Positions 40,162 through 49,488 of a stretch of 64,000 bases of DNA are shown here, piece by piece. Location of the stretch: the IMG/VR virus record IMGVR_UViG_3300021138_000004; one strand, written 5' to 3'. The first letter of the stretch is position 1, and the number at the start of each line of letters is the position of its first letter. The notes beneath the pieces are model-generated. The model made no database searches. It was not told the DNA's origin and saw nothing but the letters and a program-made list of their open reading frames with translations. This stretch comes from a virus. Lineage: Duplodnaviria; Heunggongvirae; Uroviricota; Caudoviricetes. The position numbers were made by a program, and so were the translations under genes.

Positions 40162-40273
40162 GATTATTTTCCTTTTTTATGCCTATGTATGCCTGTATCT
40201 TTCTGTGCTACTACACAGTAAAGAACGTTTTTGCATATACGAATTATATGCTCTTTTATTTATCAAGTCAATG
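40162..40273 (-). promoter_or_regulatory. Dual promoter and leader of the SSB gene
   Basis: TTGACT-17-TATAAT with TAAATA inside the spacer; CTGTG/CACAG hairpin; tandem AGGCATA; AAGGA RBS. Confidence 0.6.
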
Positions 40274-40282
40274 AAAAATAAG

Positions 40283-42694
40283 TTATCTTTTGATATTTTT
40301 CCACATTGCAGCAGCAGCAATTCTCTTGCCTTTTTCGCCGCCGCCGGCTGCTTTAGCTACAGTATCGAAGCTCTTACCTTTCTTACCGATATCGCTGCCG
40401 GCCTTTGCTTTCTTAACTGTGGCAGACTTTTCTTTTTTAGAAAGCCCTGCGCTTGGCTTTTTGGCCTCGGACATCGACAGTCCGGCAAGTTTGCGAATAT
40501 CTTCAAATGTTTGTTGGGCTTCGTTTTTTTGATTTAGGTGTTGAATTAATTTAGCAGCAAGTGCAGCTTCTTTTTCGCCGCCCTTTCCGCTGTCATTACT
40601 AAAGCAACGCTTAACATGAGTTACTACCCCATGTTCTCCCTTAGTCCAAGTGCCGTCTTCTCTGTTGTAAAATCCGCTAACGATGTCAGCGACTTCCTTC
40701 ATTTTACTATTCTTAGGAGAAGAGTCCGGTTCAATCAGACGATCTTTTGAATCTGGATCAATATTATCATCCTTATGACGCTTCATTTTATTACGTAATG
40801 ATGCAACAAAATCCTCATCTGAATCTTCTTCAGTTGGTGCGGGCGCAGGCTCTTCTGGACCTGCAGGAACAGGTTCTGCCATGTCTGAAGGTTCGGCAAC
40901 GGGTTCCACCATGTCGGGAGCAGGTTCTGCCATGTCTGAAGGTTCAGGAGCAGGAGCAGGTTCTGGCGCAACAGGAGCAGATTCTAAATCACCCCAATCT
41001 AATTTGCTAGCTTCTGCACCGAGATATGATTTAATAGTTTCTCTAGCGTCTGCATCTGCACCATTTGGCATTTTAGCAATAGCCTGCAATGCATTTACTA
41101 AGCTAGGATCAGTGATTCCGATTCCTGCAAGTGCTTGAACAGCTTCACCGTTTGCACCAACTGGTAACGGTTGAGTTACTAAATCTTGTAGATTTTCTAG
41201 TTCATCGTCGGAGAACATTTCATTTACTAAAGAATCTGCCCATGATTCAAACGTACTTATTTCCTGCATTGTCGATTCTCCCTCAATACTAGTCATTACA
41301 TTTTGTATTTCTTCTGCAACTCCGAACGCATCATAGCTGGCTCTTCCTTCGTCTTGCATTCCCCATTCAGAAACCTGCACACTTGAAGATGCAACACTGC
41401 TAAATCCTAGTGTAGCAAGCAACTGGTGCAACGGCTCTTCAAAAATATTTTTGGAATATAGGTTGGTCATCATGTCGTGAAGTTGATCACGGTCGAGACC
41501 TTCTGTGTCCCACATCACTCCTAAATCACCTGCACTATCGACTTCTTCGGGCGGCTTTGGTACCCAAATAGTAATCCCAGTTATAGGTACCGGAGATTTG
41601 ATAAATTTATTAGATACTGGAACATGTAAAGACCAAGAGTTGCGATCTTCCTCGATGTATTTCACCCAACCTGGATATTTACCGCGCAGCGGCCTAGTGA
41701 ATGTTTCTTCAACATACTCATCTAGATCGATTTCATTAGTTTCCTGCATAATGGCATGTAGGATAGGAAATACGTCTGACAAAGTTTCGTCAAATTTCTG
41801 AACAGTAAATGTATTTTTATAAGTTTCTAATGTAACTTCATCTAACTCAACTAATGAATTGTCAGCATTTTGTTGAGATTCCATCCAGGATTCATAATAT
41901 TTTTGCTTGCTCATACTTTCCATGTGGTGTCTGAGCTGGCCTAATTTTTGCCCTGCCTTTTCTACAATATTATATGCAGAATCGTTGAGTGAAGAATATT
42001 TTACCTTTTTTCCAAAATCACTTAATTTAAGTATTTCTTCACAGGTTTTAATAATCTTTTTACCTGCATCATCGTGCGGATATCCTCCGTTAGCAACGTG
42101 ACGCTGCATTGCACGGGCACCTGGGAGATACTTAAATGGAAATTTAAATCTTTCCCCGTCTTTATTTTGAATAAACAGATTTTTAATTTTTCGACTGCGG
42201 GCGCCGGTCTTTTCTGGATCAATCGCTTCTGTATGACGTATGATAAGACTGGTGTCTTCTAATTTCCTATAAGAAGTTTTTGAGCTTCCAAACATTGAAG
42301 ACTCAGTTACTTCGTTTGATTTTTGTTGAGAAAGAAATCGAAAGTCGTTTTTATCTAAATTACCTTTAGCGATATCTCGAGTATCGAAACGCAGAAGCCT
42401 ACGTTTAGCAAAGAATCTCATTTCTCTAAGAAAGTCATACCACATACCTTGAACAATCGAATCGGTACCTTCGGTAATTCCCTGTCCATAAAAGATTTTT
42501 AAATTACCCATATCATTGATTGATATACTAACCCGTCCGAGATTATTTCCTTCGACGACAAAATCAAAATCAAAGAATCTTGCATCTTTAGAATTAGTGG
42601 TAACAGTACCATTTTCGTCTCCCATTTGTAGATTAGAGAAACGACTTCTGACTTTTTCAAATAGGTCGTTGGCTATGATTTCAATCGGTTTCAT
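40283..42694 (-). CDS. Large acidic late protein, probably head-associated (803 aa)
   Basis: TAAATA-N5-ATG; Pro/Glu low-complexity repeats; basic C-terminus; adjacent to TerL. Confidence 0.65.
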   Translation of the reverse strand: MKPIEIIANDLFEKVRSRFSNLQMGDENGTVTTNSKDARFFDFDFVVEGNNLGRVSISINDMGNLKIFYGQGITEGTDSIVQGMWYDFLREMRFFAKRRLLRFDTRDIAKGNLDKNDFRFLSQQKSNEVTESSMFGSSKTSYRKLEDTSLIIRHTEAIDPEKTGARSRKIKNLFIQNKDGERFKFPFKYLPGARAMQRHVANGGYPHDDAGKKIIKTCEEILKLSDFGKKVKYSSLNDSAYNIVEKAGQKLGQLRHHMESMSKQKYYESWMESQQNADNSLVELDEVTLETYKNTFTVQKFDETLSDVFPILHAIMQETNEIDLDEYVEETFTRPLRGKYPGWVKYIEEDRNSWSLHVPVSNKFIKSPVPITGITIWVPKPPEEVDSAGDLGVMWDTEGLDRDQLHDMMTNLYSKNIFEEPLHQLLATLGFSSVASSSVQVSEWGMQDEGRASYDAFGVAEEIQNVMTSIEGESTMQEISTFESWADSLVNEMFSDDELENLQDLVTQPLPVGANGEAVQALAGIGITDPSLVNALQAIAKMPNGADADARETIKSYLGAEASKLDWGDLESAPVAPEPAPAPEPSDMAEPAPDMVEPVAEPSDMAEPVPAGPEEPAPAPTEEDSDEDFVASLRNKMKRHKDDNIDPDSKDRLIEPDSSPKNSKMKEVADIVSGFYNREDGTWTKGEHGVVTHVKRCFSNDSGKGGEKEAALAAKLIQHLNQKNEAQQTFEDIRKLAGLSMSEAKKPSAGLSKKEKSATVKKAKAGSDIGKKGKSFDTVAKAAGGGEKGKRIAAAAMWKNIKR

Positions 42695-42702
42695 TCAAAT
42701 AT

Positions 42703-44265
42703 TTATCCTATAAACACAGGCATTGGAAGATCGTAATCTTCAGTAGTATATTCATGCATCTTTTCGTAAACGCTTGGATCCCAATCTTGTAATAACATCA
42801 CCATTCGTAAATTTAAAAGTAATGATGCAACAAGGTCATCATGTTCGCCGACCTTGGCTTCGAAGCTCAATCCTTTGGCTACATATGCTTTTAATTGCGT
42901 AATCAATGGCTTTGAGTATAACTTGAGAGTATTATTTTCGATTAGGTGTTTGAGTTTTGCACAAATTGAAATTTTAGCTTTGTGTGTAGTATTAAATCCT
43001 TTACGAAATCTACGAACATGTCCCTTTTTAATAGGTTCACTTAGGAATAATCCGGGATAAGTTTCTTCACCTAATTCATTAATTGCAACTAACGCAGCTT
43101 CACCTAATGTATTATTTTCTACGGAATAATAAATGCTAGATGCTCTCCCACCTAGCGAACACTGGTCGTCAATATATTTGGCAATATCTCGAAGGATGCG
43201 GACCTGTGACTGTACTGGTGTAGTGTTATGATGCCATTCTGCTACTTGTTCAAATGTTGGCAATTCTAATACCTGAATTCCTGCGAAATCTCCACCTGTT
43301 CCGAGGCTAGGATCTAGGCTAAGAATATATGTAGCATCTGGATTAATTTTTTTATACCAGCGAACTTGCCCCATATTCATTATAGGTTCTTTACCCTCTA
43401 ATCCTGCAAGACAGATAGAATTAACAAGAGTTTCGTCAAATACTAAGAATTCGCAGTTATGTTCACGTCGGAATCTTTCTTCGCCGATTTTGGCTATTTC
43501 TTCATTTTTCCATTTTTCGTCACGATCGGGGTGTTCATTCCAAAGGGCCATATAGGAATGGAATCCGTTTCTACCTAACTCTTGAGTATTTCCAAATTCG
43601 TCTTCAGTTTTATTTGCTTCTTTCCAAATTTGCGCAAATTGATCTTCGTCACTGTTCGGCGTTGACGTAATAATTGCTTTACCACCTGTAGCAAGCGTAG
43701 GCGAAATCGAAGTCCAAAATTCAACAGCAATATTTGGCGGAACGAATGCAAATTCGTCACAATATAACAAGGACAGAGACATACCACGACCGGTTGTTTC
43801 AGTAGTAGTCTGTGCCATAATGCGACTACCATTGTCAAATTCGATACTTTCCTTATTATAACTAGTTACACCTGCACGAATATGATCTGGGCATAATTCG
43901 TATGCATATCGTATTCTACTCATAATTTCTCTTGCACCGGTGTATTTGTGTGCAGCAATTAAGATTGTACTATCCGGTACAAACATTGCGTACCATAACA
44001 AATAACCAGCTGCGGTAGTGGTTTTACCAGTTTGTCGCGCAAGCATGTTGATGTTAGATCGATAATTATGATAACTATCGATTAACTTTTTTTGATAATC
44101 AAACGCTTGATATTTCATCTTGCCCTTCATGGCATGTTGAATATAAAAGAAATTATCTAAAAAATAATGAGGATCGGCCATGCAATTTGCAATGTCTAGA
44201 AGATCCTGTTCTGTAAATTTCTGCTTCTTGTGAGCAGATTTGATTAATGAATTGTCGGCTGCCAT
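42703..44265 (-). CDS. Terminase large subunit, gp17-like
   Basis: ARQTGKTT Walker A, LLYCDEFAFV, ITSTPNS, SLDPSLGTGGD, HDDLV. Confidence 0.93.
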   Translation of the reverse strand: MAADNSLIKSAHKKQKFTEQDLLDIANCMADPHYFLDNFFYIQHAMKGKMKYQAFDYQKKLIDSYHNYRSNINMLARQTGKTTTAAGYLLWYAMFVPDSTILIAAHKYTGAREIMSRIRYAYELCPDHIRAGVTSYNKESIEFDNGSRIMAQTTTETTGRGMSLSLLYCDEFAFVPPNIAVEFWTSISPTLATGGKAIITSTPNSDEDQFAQIWKEANKTEDEFGNTQELGRNGFHSYMALWNEHPDRDEKWKNEEIAKIGEERFRREHNCEFLVFDETLVNSICLAGLEGKEPIMNMGQVRWYKKINPDATYILSLDPSLGTGGDFAGIQVLELPTFEQVAEWHHNTTPVQSQVRILRDIAKYIDDQCSLGGRASSIYYSVENNTLGEAALVAINELGEETYPGLFLSEPIKKGHVRRFRKGFNTTHKAKISICAKLKHLIENNTLKLYSKPLITQLKAYVAKGLSFEAKVGEHDDLVASLLLNLRMVMLLQDWDPSVYEKMHEYTTEDYDLPMPVFIG

Positions 44266-44279
44266 ATAGTTATTTACTC

Positions 44280-44307
44280 AAAAGAACAGACTCCGAAGAG
44301 CCTGTTC
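44280..44307 (-). terminator. Intrinsic terminator with UUCG loop
   Basis: Minus strand GAACAGGCTC-TTCG-GAGTCTGTTC-TTTT. Confidence 0.8.
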
Positions 44308-44314
44308 CGATTTC

Positions 44315-44503
44315 TCAATGTCCTCTTGCAAGTTTCTTTTCAGTTTTACTTACAATGTTTTGTCTTCTTAATGCTTTCTTAATAAATTTATCTGCGTCGT
44401 CTTTGCTATCTGCCTCAGATGATTTATTTGCTAATTCGTCCGCGCTTTTTCTACCTTTAGTAGTGTAGTCCCATTTAGTCTTTAAGTCTAATTCATCTAT
44501 CTT
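44315..44503 (-). other. Start-less 62-codon coding segment reachable by -1 shift from the upstream ORF
   Basis: KIDELDLKTKWDYTTKGRKS...KKLARGH* begins at an A9 run. Confidence 0.6.
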
Positions 44504-45129
44504 TTTTTTTGAGATTCGTTAACAAACTCTCTGTAGTCTTGCAATAAACGATTTGCAATCTGTTCAAACCCTTCATGAGTTGGTACATAAGGATTGCCGC
44601 CGCCATTTTTCTTAGTTGGTTCGTTCTGTCGAGGAGTTACTTGTTTGTCACCGAAATCGTGTGCTTCGATTTCTTCTTCTGGGCTATTTGTATAGATTCT
44701 ATCTGCCTGTGCTTCGGCGGCCATTTCTTCGTCGCCTTCATCACCTTCGATTTGATCAATAATGCTAATTGACTTTGCCATATCAGGTTCTGCAACGTGA
44801 GCTGGAGAAAATTCTGGACTCATATGTCGCATCATTGCTGGTTCTTGGCTAACTGGCTTAACACCTGCAAGTGACATAATGTCTTTCAAGATTCCGCTTA
44901 GTTCAGGTCCACTCGATGCACTAACACTAAAGCTAGCTGGAGTGTGCTGAGGTTGAGAACCGATCATGCCCATTTCTCCACATTCTGCAATGCTTTCATT
45001 AAGGGGGCGGTCAGATTCTACATTAGACATAGTAACTAATGTTTGCTCGTTTGTCATTGATGCGCCAGCTACAGTGGGATTAGCTGCATCTAATTCTGCT
45101 AATCTTTTAAGTACGTCGATCATTTGCAT
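44497..45129 (-). CDS. Acidic hypothetical late protein, possibly head-associated
   Basis: Start MQMIDVLKRL inferred; ends at CAA AAA AAA AGA TAG. Confidence 0.7.
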   Translation of the reverse strand: MQMIDVLKRLAELDAANPTVAGASMTNEQTLVTMSNVESDRPLNESIAECGEMGMIGSQPQHTPASFSVSASSGPELSGILKDIMSLAGVKPVSQEPAMMRHMSPEFSPAHVAEPDMAKSISIIDQIEGDEGDEEMAAEAQADRIYTNSPEEEIEAHDFGDKQVTPRQNEPTKKNGGGNPYVPTHEGFEQIANRLLQDYREFVNESQKKR

Positions 45130-45133
45130 ATTC

Positions 45134-45745
45134 TTATCTTCCGTTTTTCGTTTTAGCGACCCAGGTCTTTTCGTTGCCTTTAGCAATAGGACTAACATTT
45201 CCTTGTGGAAGATCGCTGGTTGTTTCTGCGATGCCAGCTGTTGGCCTTACTTCTCCGCGAGCTTTTTGCTGTGCTTTTAGGTCATCGTTTAATGCTTTTA
45301 CAAAGCTCATATTATATTTGTCACCGTAATAATCATTAAAATCTGCACTCGGAGATTCTTTAAAATTTGGATCGTTTAATAGAGCGCCTTCGTAGGTTTT
45401 GCCCGGTTGTTGATATTCTTCTGATGGTTCACCAGGATTGCGAACAACAATTCGTTGCTCGTTAATTCTCAAACCGTTGCCGATATAGTTGATTAATTCG
45501 TGTGATGTAACAGGATAATCAAGGGTAACATCCCAAATATTTACTTCTGAGTTCTGTAATCTAGGAAAATCCAATGGTAGTGCCTGTACTGGAGTTTTTG
45601 CAGTTTTAGTAAATTCTAAAATTTGATATTTTTCTAATAGAGATTTAAGAGTACCTTCGGCTTCGTTTGTAATTTCGCCAGCAATTTTGACCTTAAATGA
45701 ATAGGTCTTTTTGGTCTGTAGAAGATAATCATTGAGAGTTTTCAT
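45134..45745 (-). CDS. Hypothetical late protein (203 aa)
   Basis: TAAATA and AGGA upstream. Confidence 0.7.
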   Translation of the reverse strand: MKTLNDYLLQTKKTYSFKVKIAGEITNEAEGTLKSLLEKYQILEFTKTAKTPVQALPLDFPRLQNSEVNIWDVTLDYPVTSHELINYIGNGLRINEQRIVVRNPGEPSEEYQQPGKTYEGALLNDPNFKESPSADFNDYYGDKYNMSFVKALNDDLKAQQKARGEVRPTAGIAETTSDLPQGNVSPIAKGNEKTWVAKTKNGR

Positions 45746-45761
45746 GTTGTTTTCCTGTATA

Positions 45762-46238
45762 TTATTTATCTACTTTTTTAAGTTTTTCCAGGAGACTGTT
45801 GCGATCGGTAACAATGAACCCTTTGCCTTCAACTGGATCTTCAGAATCGTTGCTATTTTTCTTATCAATTGCTAGCTTCTTTAACTGCAATTCTACCATT
45901 TTTAATTTTTTATCGATCTTAGCCGACTTAGCATCTACCGCTGTTTTGAGCATAGTTCCTGCAACTTCAAACATTCTACTACCATACTTAGCTTCGACGT
46001 TCATTCCTAGATCCATGAGATCGTCAAACGCTTTTTCAGCTTTGTCAGCTAATGTATCAAGTTCAGAATCACTGATATCACCTAAACCTTTAACTCTAGG
46101 TAGTGCAGCACTAATTTTATCAAACTCTTCTAATTTATCTTGTAGATTAATAACTACAGGTGTTTCTTTAGTTGGCTTGACTATTTTTTTCTCTTCGACA
46201 GGATCGATATTTAAAAGGGTTTCTAATTTTTTAGTCAT
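45762..46238 (-). CDS. Probable terminase small subunit (gp16-like)
   Basis: Size, helical pattern (RMFEVAGTML resembles T4 RHMEVFATLM) and position near TerL. Confidence 0.5.
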   Translation of the reverse strand: MTKKLETLLNIDPVEEKKIVKPTKETPVVINLQDKLEEFDKISAALPRVKGLGDISDSELDTLADKAEKAFDDLMDLGMNVEAKYGSRMFEVAGTMLKTAVDAKSAKIDKKLKMVELQLKKLAIDKKNSNDSEDPVEGKGFIVTDRNSLLEKLKKVDK

Positions 46239-46246
46239 AACATTAC

Positions 46247-46690
46247 TTATCGTCTTTTACCGCCTAAATGGAAAATATCATCTTCTGTAAGAACTCTAAA
46301 TGTAATGCCATGTTTTTTTGACCATTGTCGAGCAACTTGCCACTTGGCCATATTTTTAATATATTGTGCTTGATTGTAGGGATTCTTCCCTACAGACTCT
46401 AATACCGCTTGATTCTTTGGTTTTATCTCCCAAAGTTCTGTATGATGTTTTTGATTGCGATCAACATATACAACTAAGAAATCTGGAACATAAACAGTAT
46501 TTTTTCCAGTTAAGGGATCTCTGTAAGGTATTTTAATAGATTCACTTGCCCAATTTTGTATAGAAGGATTCTCGTCGCACATTTTCATTACTGCTAATTC
46601 CCATGACGATCTATACATCGGAGTACCTAACCCTACATATTTTTCAGGATTCTTTAATTTGAAAAAATCCTTGGCGAATTTCATACTCAT
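46247..46690 (-). CDS. Head completion nuclease, gp4-like (TnsA-like fold)
   Basis: KNPEKYVG...YRSSWE...WASESIKIPY...YVPDF...EIKP. Confidence 0.85.
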   Translation of the reverse strand: MSMKFAKDFFKLKNPEKYVGLGTPMYRSSWELAVMKMCDENPSIQNWASESIKIPYRDPLTGKNTVYVPDFLVVYVDRNQKHHTELWEIKPKNQAVLESVGKNPYNQAQYIKNMAKWQVARQWSKKHGITFRVLTEDDIFHLGGKRR

Positions 46691-47067
46691 GCAACGATAT
46701 TCCTAGCCACTTCTTCTGCAGGAGTAAAAGGAGAAGCAGTTCCCAAGCTGCTAGATTTGTATCTATTATAATTTAGCAACTCGGTGATTAAATTGCTTAA
46801 CTGTAGATCGTCTAATCCCTTTAATGAGCTGATTAATTCAAAAGGTTTAATTTTATCAATTAGTGCCTGTTTTAAAATAACATAGGCCATGCTCTGTGCA
46901 GAGTCTTTTCCAAATCCCCTACTGGTAAAAAACCCAGTCATTGCATCGTAAGTTGCTGCATCAATGCTAACTGGTTTTTGATTATATGTATCAAAAATTT
47001 GAAGTGTAGACTGAGAACTGTCTTGATTTTGATTCGGTTGTGGAAGATTATTATAATAATTAGACAT
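46687..47067 (-). CDS. Hypothetical late protein (126 aa)
   Basis: Coupled ORF. Confidence 0.65.
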   Translation of the reverse strand: MSNYYNNLPQPNQNQDSSQSTLQIFDTYNQKPVSIDAATYDAMTGFFTSRGFGKDSAQSMAYVILKQALIDKIKPFELISSLKGLDDLQLSNLITELLNYNRYKSSSLGTASPFTPAEEVARNIVA

Positions 47068-47080
47068 TTTTAATCCAATG

Positions 47081-48760
47081 TTAAGTTAATGTAGAATCAT
47101 CAGATGATAGCAATGGAGATCCTGCAGTATCTGTTTGTTGAGAAACCTGTATAGTAGTTAATCTATTATATTCATCTGAATATTTGGAGTCGACTGTTGT
47201 TTGTAAACTAGTAACTGCATTATAAGAAGCAGTTGCTTCGTTTTGAATTGCAGAAAATTCTTCAGGTGACGAAGCCTGGCTGAGAAGTGTTTGCACATCA
47301 TTTGGATCAATAGTTTGACTTGCTACAAAATCATTATCAGTCGACCATGATGTATTCAAATTATCAATTGCTGATTGCACATCTAACGGATTACTATCCA
47401 TTGTAATATCACTGCTAGCAGTATACGGACTACTATCGTCAAGCGGCGACACAGGATTGAAATAATTTCCGGACGTAATTGTTGATCCGTCGGGGGTTGA
47501 ATCATATGAAGATTCAGTAAAGGCTGCATCTGATATGTCAGTTTCGGAGTCGTTAACAGATGATAGAAAATCGTCAGCTATGCTGTTAGGATCATCTGAT
47601 AACGGAGGTGTTCCATTTAATGATAAATCTTGACTATATGTTCCGCCAATTGATTCCAGTGGTTGACTGGATCCTGTTAACGCAGAAATTTGATTAGCTA
47701 CAAATTGGCCAGCGGTTGCTATGCTACTACCTAGATTTAAATTTAAATTAATACCTAGACCATTGAGAGCAGATTGTGCAATTCCTGCTGCACTATTAAG
47801 GGTCGAATATCCGTTACTATTTTTTAATGTTCCGGTAACACCTGACACATTACTGAGAAGGTTGTTAGTAGTTTTTGCTAATAATGAATTAAGAACATCC
47901 GATTGCGTTAATTGAGAATTTGGATTAGCAAGTCCAGCTAACGCTCCAAATACTCCTGCTTGAGATGATAATGATCCTTGACTTCCTACACCTAATGGAC
48001 TAGGAGTATTATCATAATATAATTCTGCAAATCCTGCAGGGTTATCCACTTGTATTCTACCCGATCCGTAGAATACGGTTTCGTAGTCTACATTCATTTT
48101 ACTTTCAGCTAATTTGTTGCCCTGTGTTTGATCTAATTTATCGTGTTCCCAATTTTTCACCAATGGATTAACTAATTGGTAACTTGTGAATACCTGTTTA
48201 CTAAGTTGATAAATTGTAATTGATCGAAAGAACGGATCTTTAACTCTACCTGAATTTAAACCATAGTCAGTGGATGAATATAACGTAGTAGAAGGACTAT
48301 ACTTATTATTCGAATATGCTCCGGTTGGATTATCTCTAGCAGTTCCTAAGGGCCCGGTGCCGCCTAGGTTAGAATCATTGTAATAATATTTGAAATAATT
48401 TAACCACATGTTATGCACAATATTTGAATTATCATCGTGCAATGAAAATGATACTGACTGATATGCAATATTTTTTTGAATTAATGTTTTTCTATTATAC
48501 TGATTAATTACTTCTGTAGATATTTGAAATTTAGGAAGTTCGACGTTTTTAACTAATACCCCAACTTCGTTGTGCTGATTCTGACCCAGCCAAGATGTGT
48601 TAATAACAGCAGATGTATTGATATTGAATACTACATAATATATCCAACTGTTTTTCGGCATACGAGTGTATTCGCCGCCGCCGATGTATAAGCGACTTGC
48701 GTGCTGGTAATCTCGCATTACCTCTCTTCCGTTGGATTGAATATATGAACCTAGTGGCAT
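47081..48760 (-). CDS. Tail tube-fold baseplate/tube initiator-like protein
   Basis: N-half VKNVELPKFQISTEVINQYNRK...SFSLHDD resembles the gp19 fold; TATAAATA-N5-ATG. Confidence 0.55.
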   Translation of the reverse strand: MPLGSYIQSNGREVMRDYQHASRLYIGGGEYTRMPKNSWIYYVVFNINTSAVINTSWLGQNQHNEVGVLVKNVELPKFQISTEVINQYNRKTLIQKNIAYQSVSFSLHDDNSNIVHNMWLNYFKYYYNDSNLGGTGPLGTARDNPTGAYSNNKYSPSTTLYSSTDYGLNSGRVKDPFFRSITIYQLSKQVFTSYQLVNPLVKNWEHDKLDQTQGNKLAESKMNVDYETVFYGSGRIQVDNPAGFAELYYDNTPSPLGVGSQGSLSSQAGVFGALAGLANPNSQLTQSDVLNSLLAKTTNNLLSNVSGVTGTLKNSNGYSTLNSAAGIAQSALNGLGINLNLNLGSSIATAGQFVANQISALTGSSQPLESIGGTYSQDLSLNGTPPLSDDPNSIADDFLSSVNDSETDISDAAFTESSYDSTPDGSTITSGNYFNPVSPLDDSSPYTASSDITMDSNPLDVQSAIDNLNTSWSTDNDFVASQTIDPNDVQTLLSQASSPEEFSAIQNEATASYNAVTSLQTTVDSKYSDEYNRLTTIQVSQQTDTAGSPLLSSDDSTLT

Positions 48761-48776
48761 ATTATTATTTATATCA

Positions 48777-48808
48777 CAAAAAAGGCCCGGTTATTAGCCG
48801 GGCCTTTA
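48777..48808 (-). terminator. Intrinsic terminator after the tail tube gene
   Basis: AAAGGCCCGG-CTAATAA-CCGGGCCTTTTTT. Confidence 0.85.
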
Positions 48809-48829
48809 GTGGTGGAAGATAATAAATTA

Positions 48830-49456
48830 TTAACCGGTAGCCATTGTGCGAGTAGTACGACCAACATTTTCACCGATGCCAACTGGGTTACCACCTGCAT
48901 CAAGCTGTGTAGCGTTATCGAATACAATACTCATCGAAATATCTACAGGATCATTTGATTTGTAGTCAACATCCGAATAAGTTACTTTGCTCAACCAAGC
49001 ACCTGTAAGTTCGAAAGTTTCTAGTGTAGTAGGAGTATATGCTCCGTTACCACCGTCGAGGATTTCGATCATTGTAGTAAATTTGTAATCGATGCCTGAT
49101 GCAGCTGATGCCTGTTCGAAGAAATCGTATTGTTTCTGAACCTGCTCGCCGACCAATTTACTAACAGCGCCTGTTGCGTCGTCACGGACCTTAAGTGTAA
49201 CTTCAGTGAAGTTATACTTGCCAGCAAGTTTTACCTTGCTGTTATAAACATCGAGAACAATTGTTTCGAATGAAATTTCTGGTCGTGTGCAACTCATAAC
49301 CTGCTTAGTGAGTTCCGTAGTCGGACTTGTTACACCAAAGTTCTGTAGCGTCACTCTAAAGCGATACTTGAGCTTTGGCATTAACAAGCCTTGGCTGGCT
49401 GAACTCTGACCCGCTGGTAGCGGTACCGTTAATTTGCTTAAACTAGCTACTGCCAT
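48830..49456 (-). CDS. Tail tube protein, gp19-like
   Basis: MPKLKYRFRV...CTRPEISF...KLAGKYNFTEVTLKVRDD; directly after the sheath gene. Confidence 0.85.
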   Translation of the reverse strand: MAVASLSKLTVPLPAGQSSASQGLLMPKLKYRFRVTLQNFGVTSPTTELTKQVMSCTRPEISFETIVLDVYNSKVKLAGKYNFTEVTLKVRDDATGAVSKLVGEQVQKQYDFFEQASAASGIDYKFTTMIEILDGGNGAYTPTTLETFELTGAWLSKVTYSDVDYKSNDPVDISMSIVFDNATQLDAGGNPVGIGENVGRTTRTMATG

Positions 49457-49488
49457 TTTATAATGCTCCTATCTTTCTTTTAATTCTA

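Noticed and set aside
24278-44265. Inteins or introns in helicase, UvsW, UvsX or TerL
   Set aside because: Lengths are normal, motifs are contiguous and no intein terminal signatures were seen.
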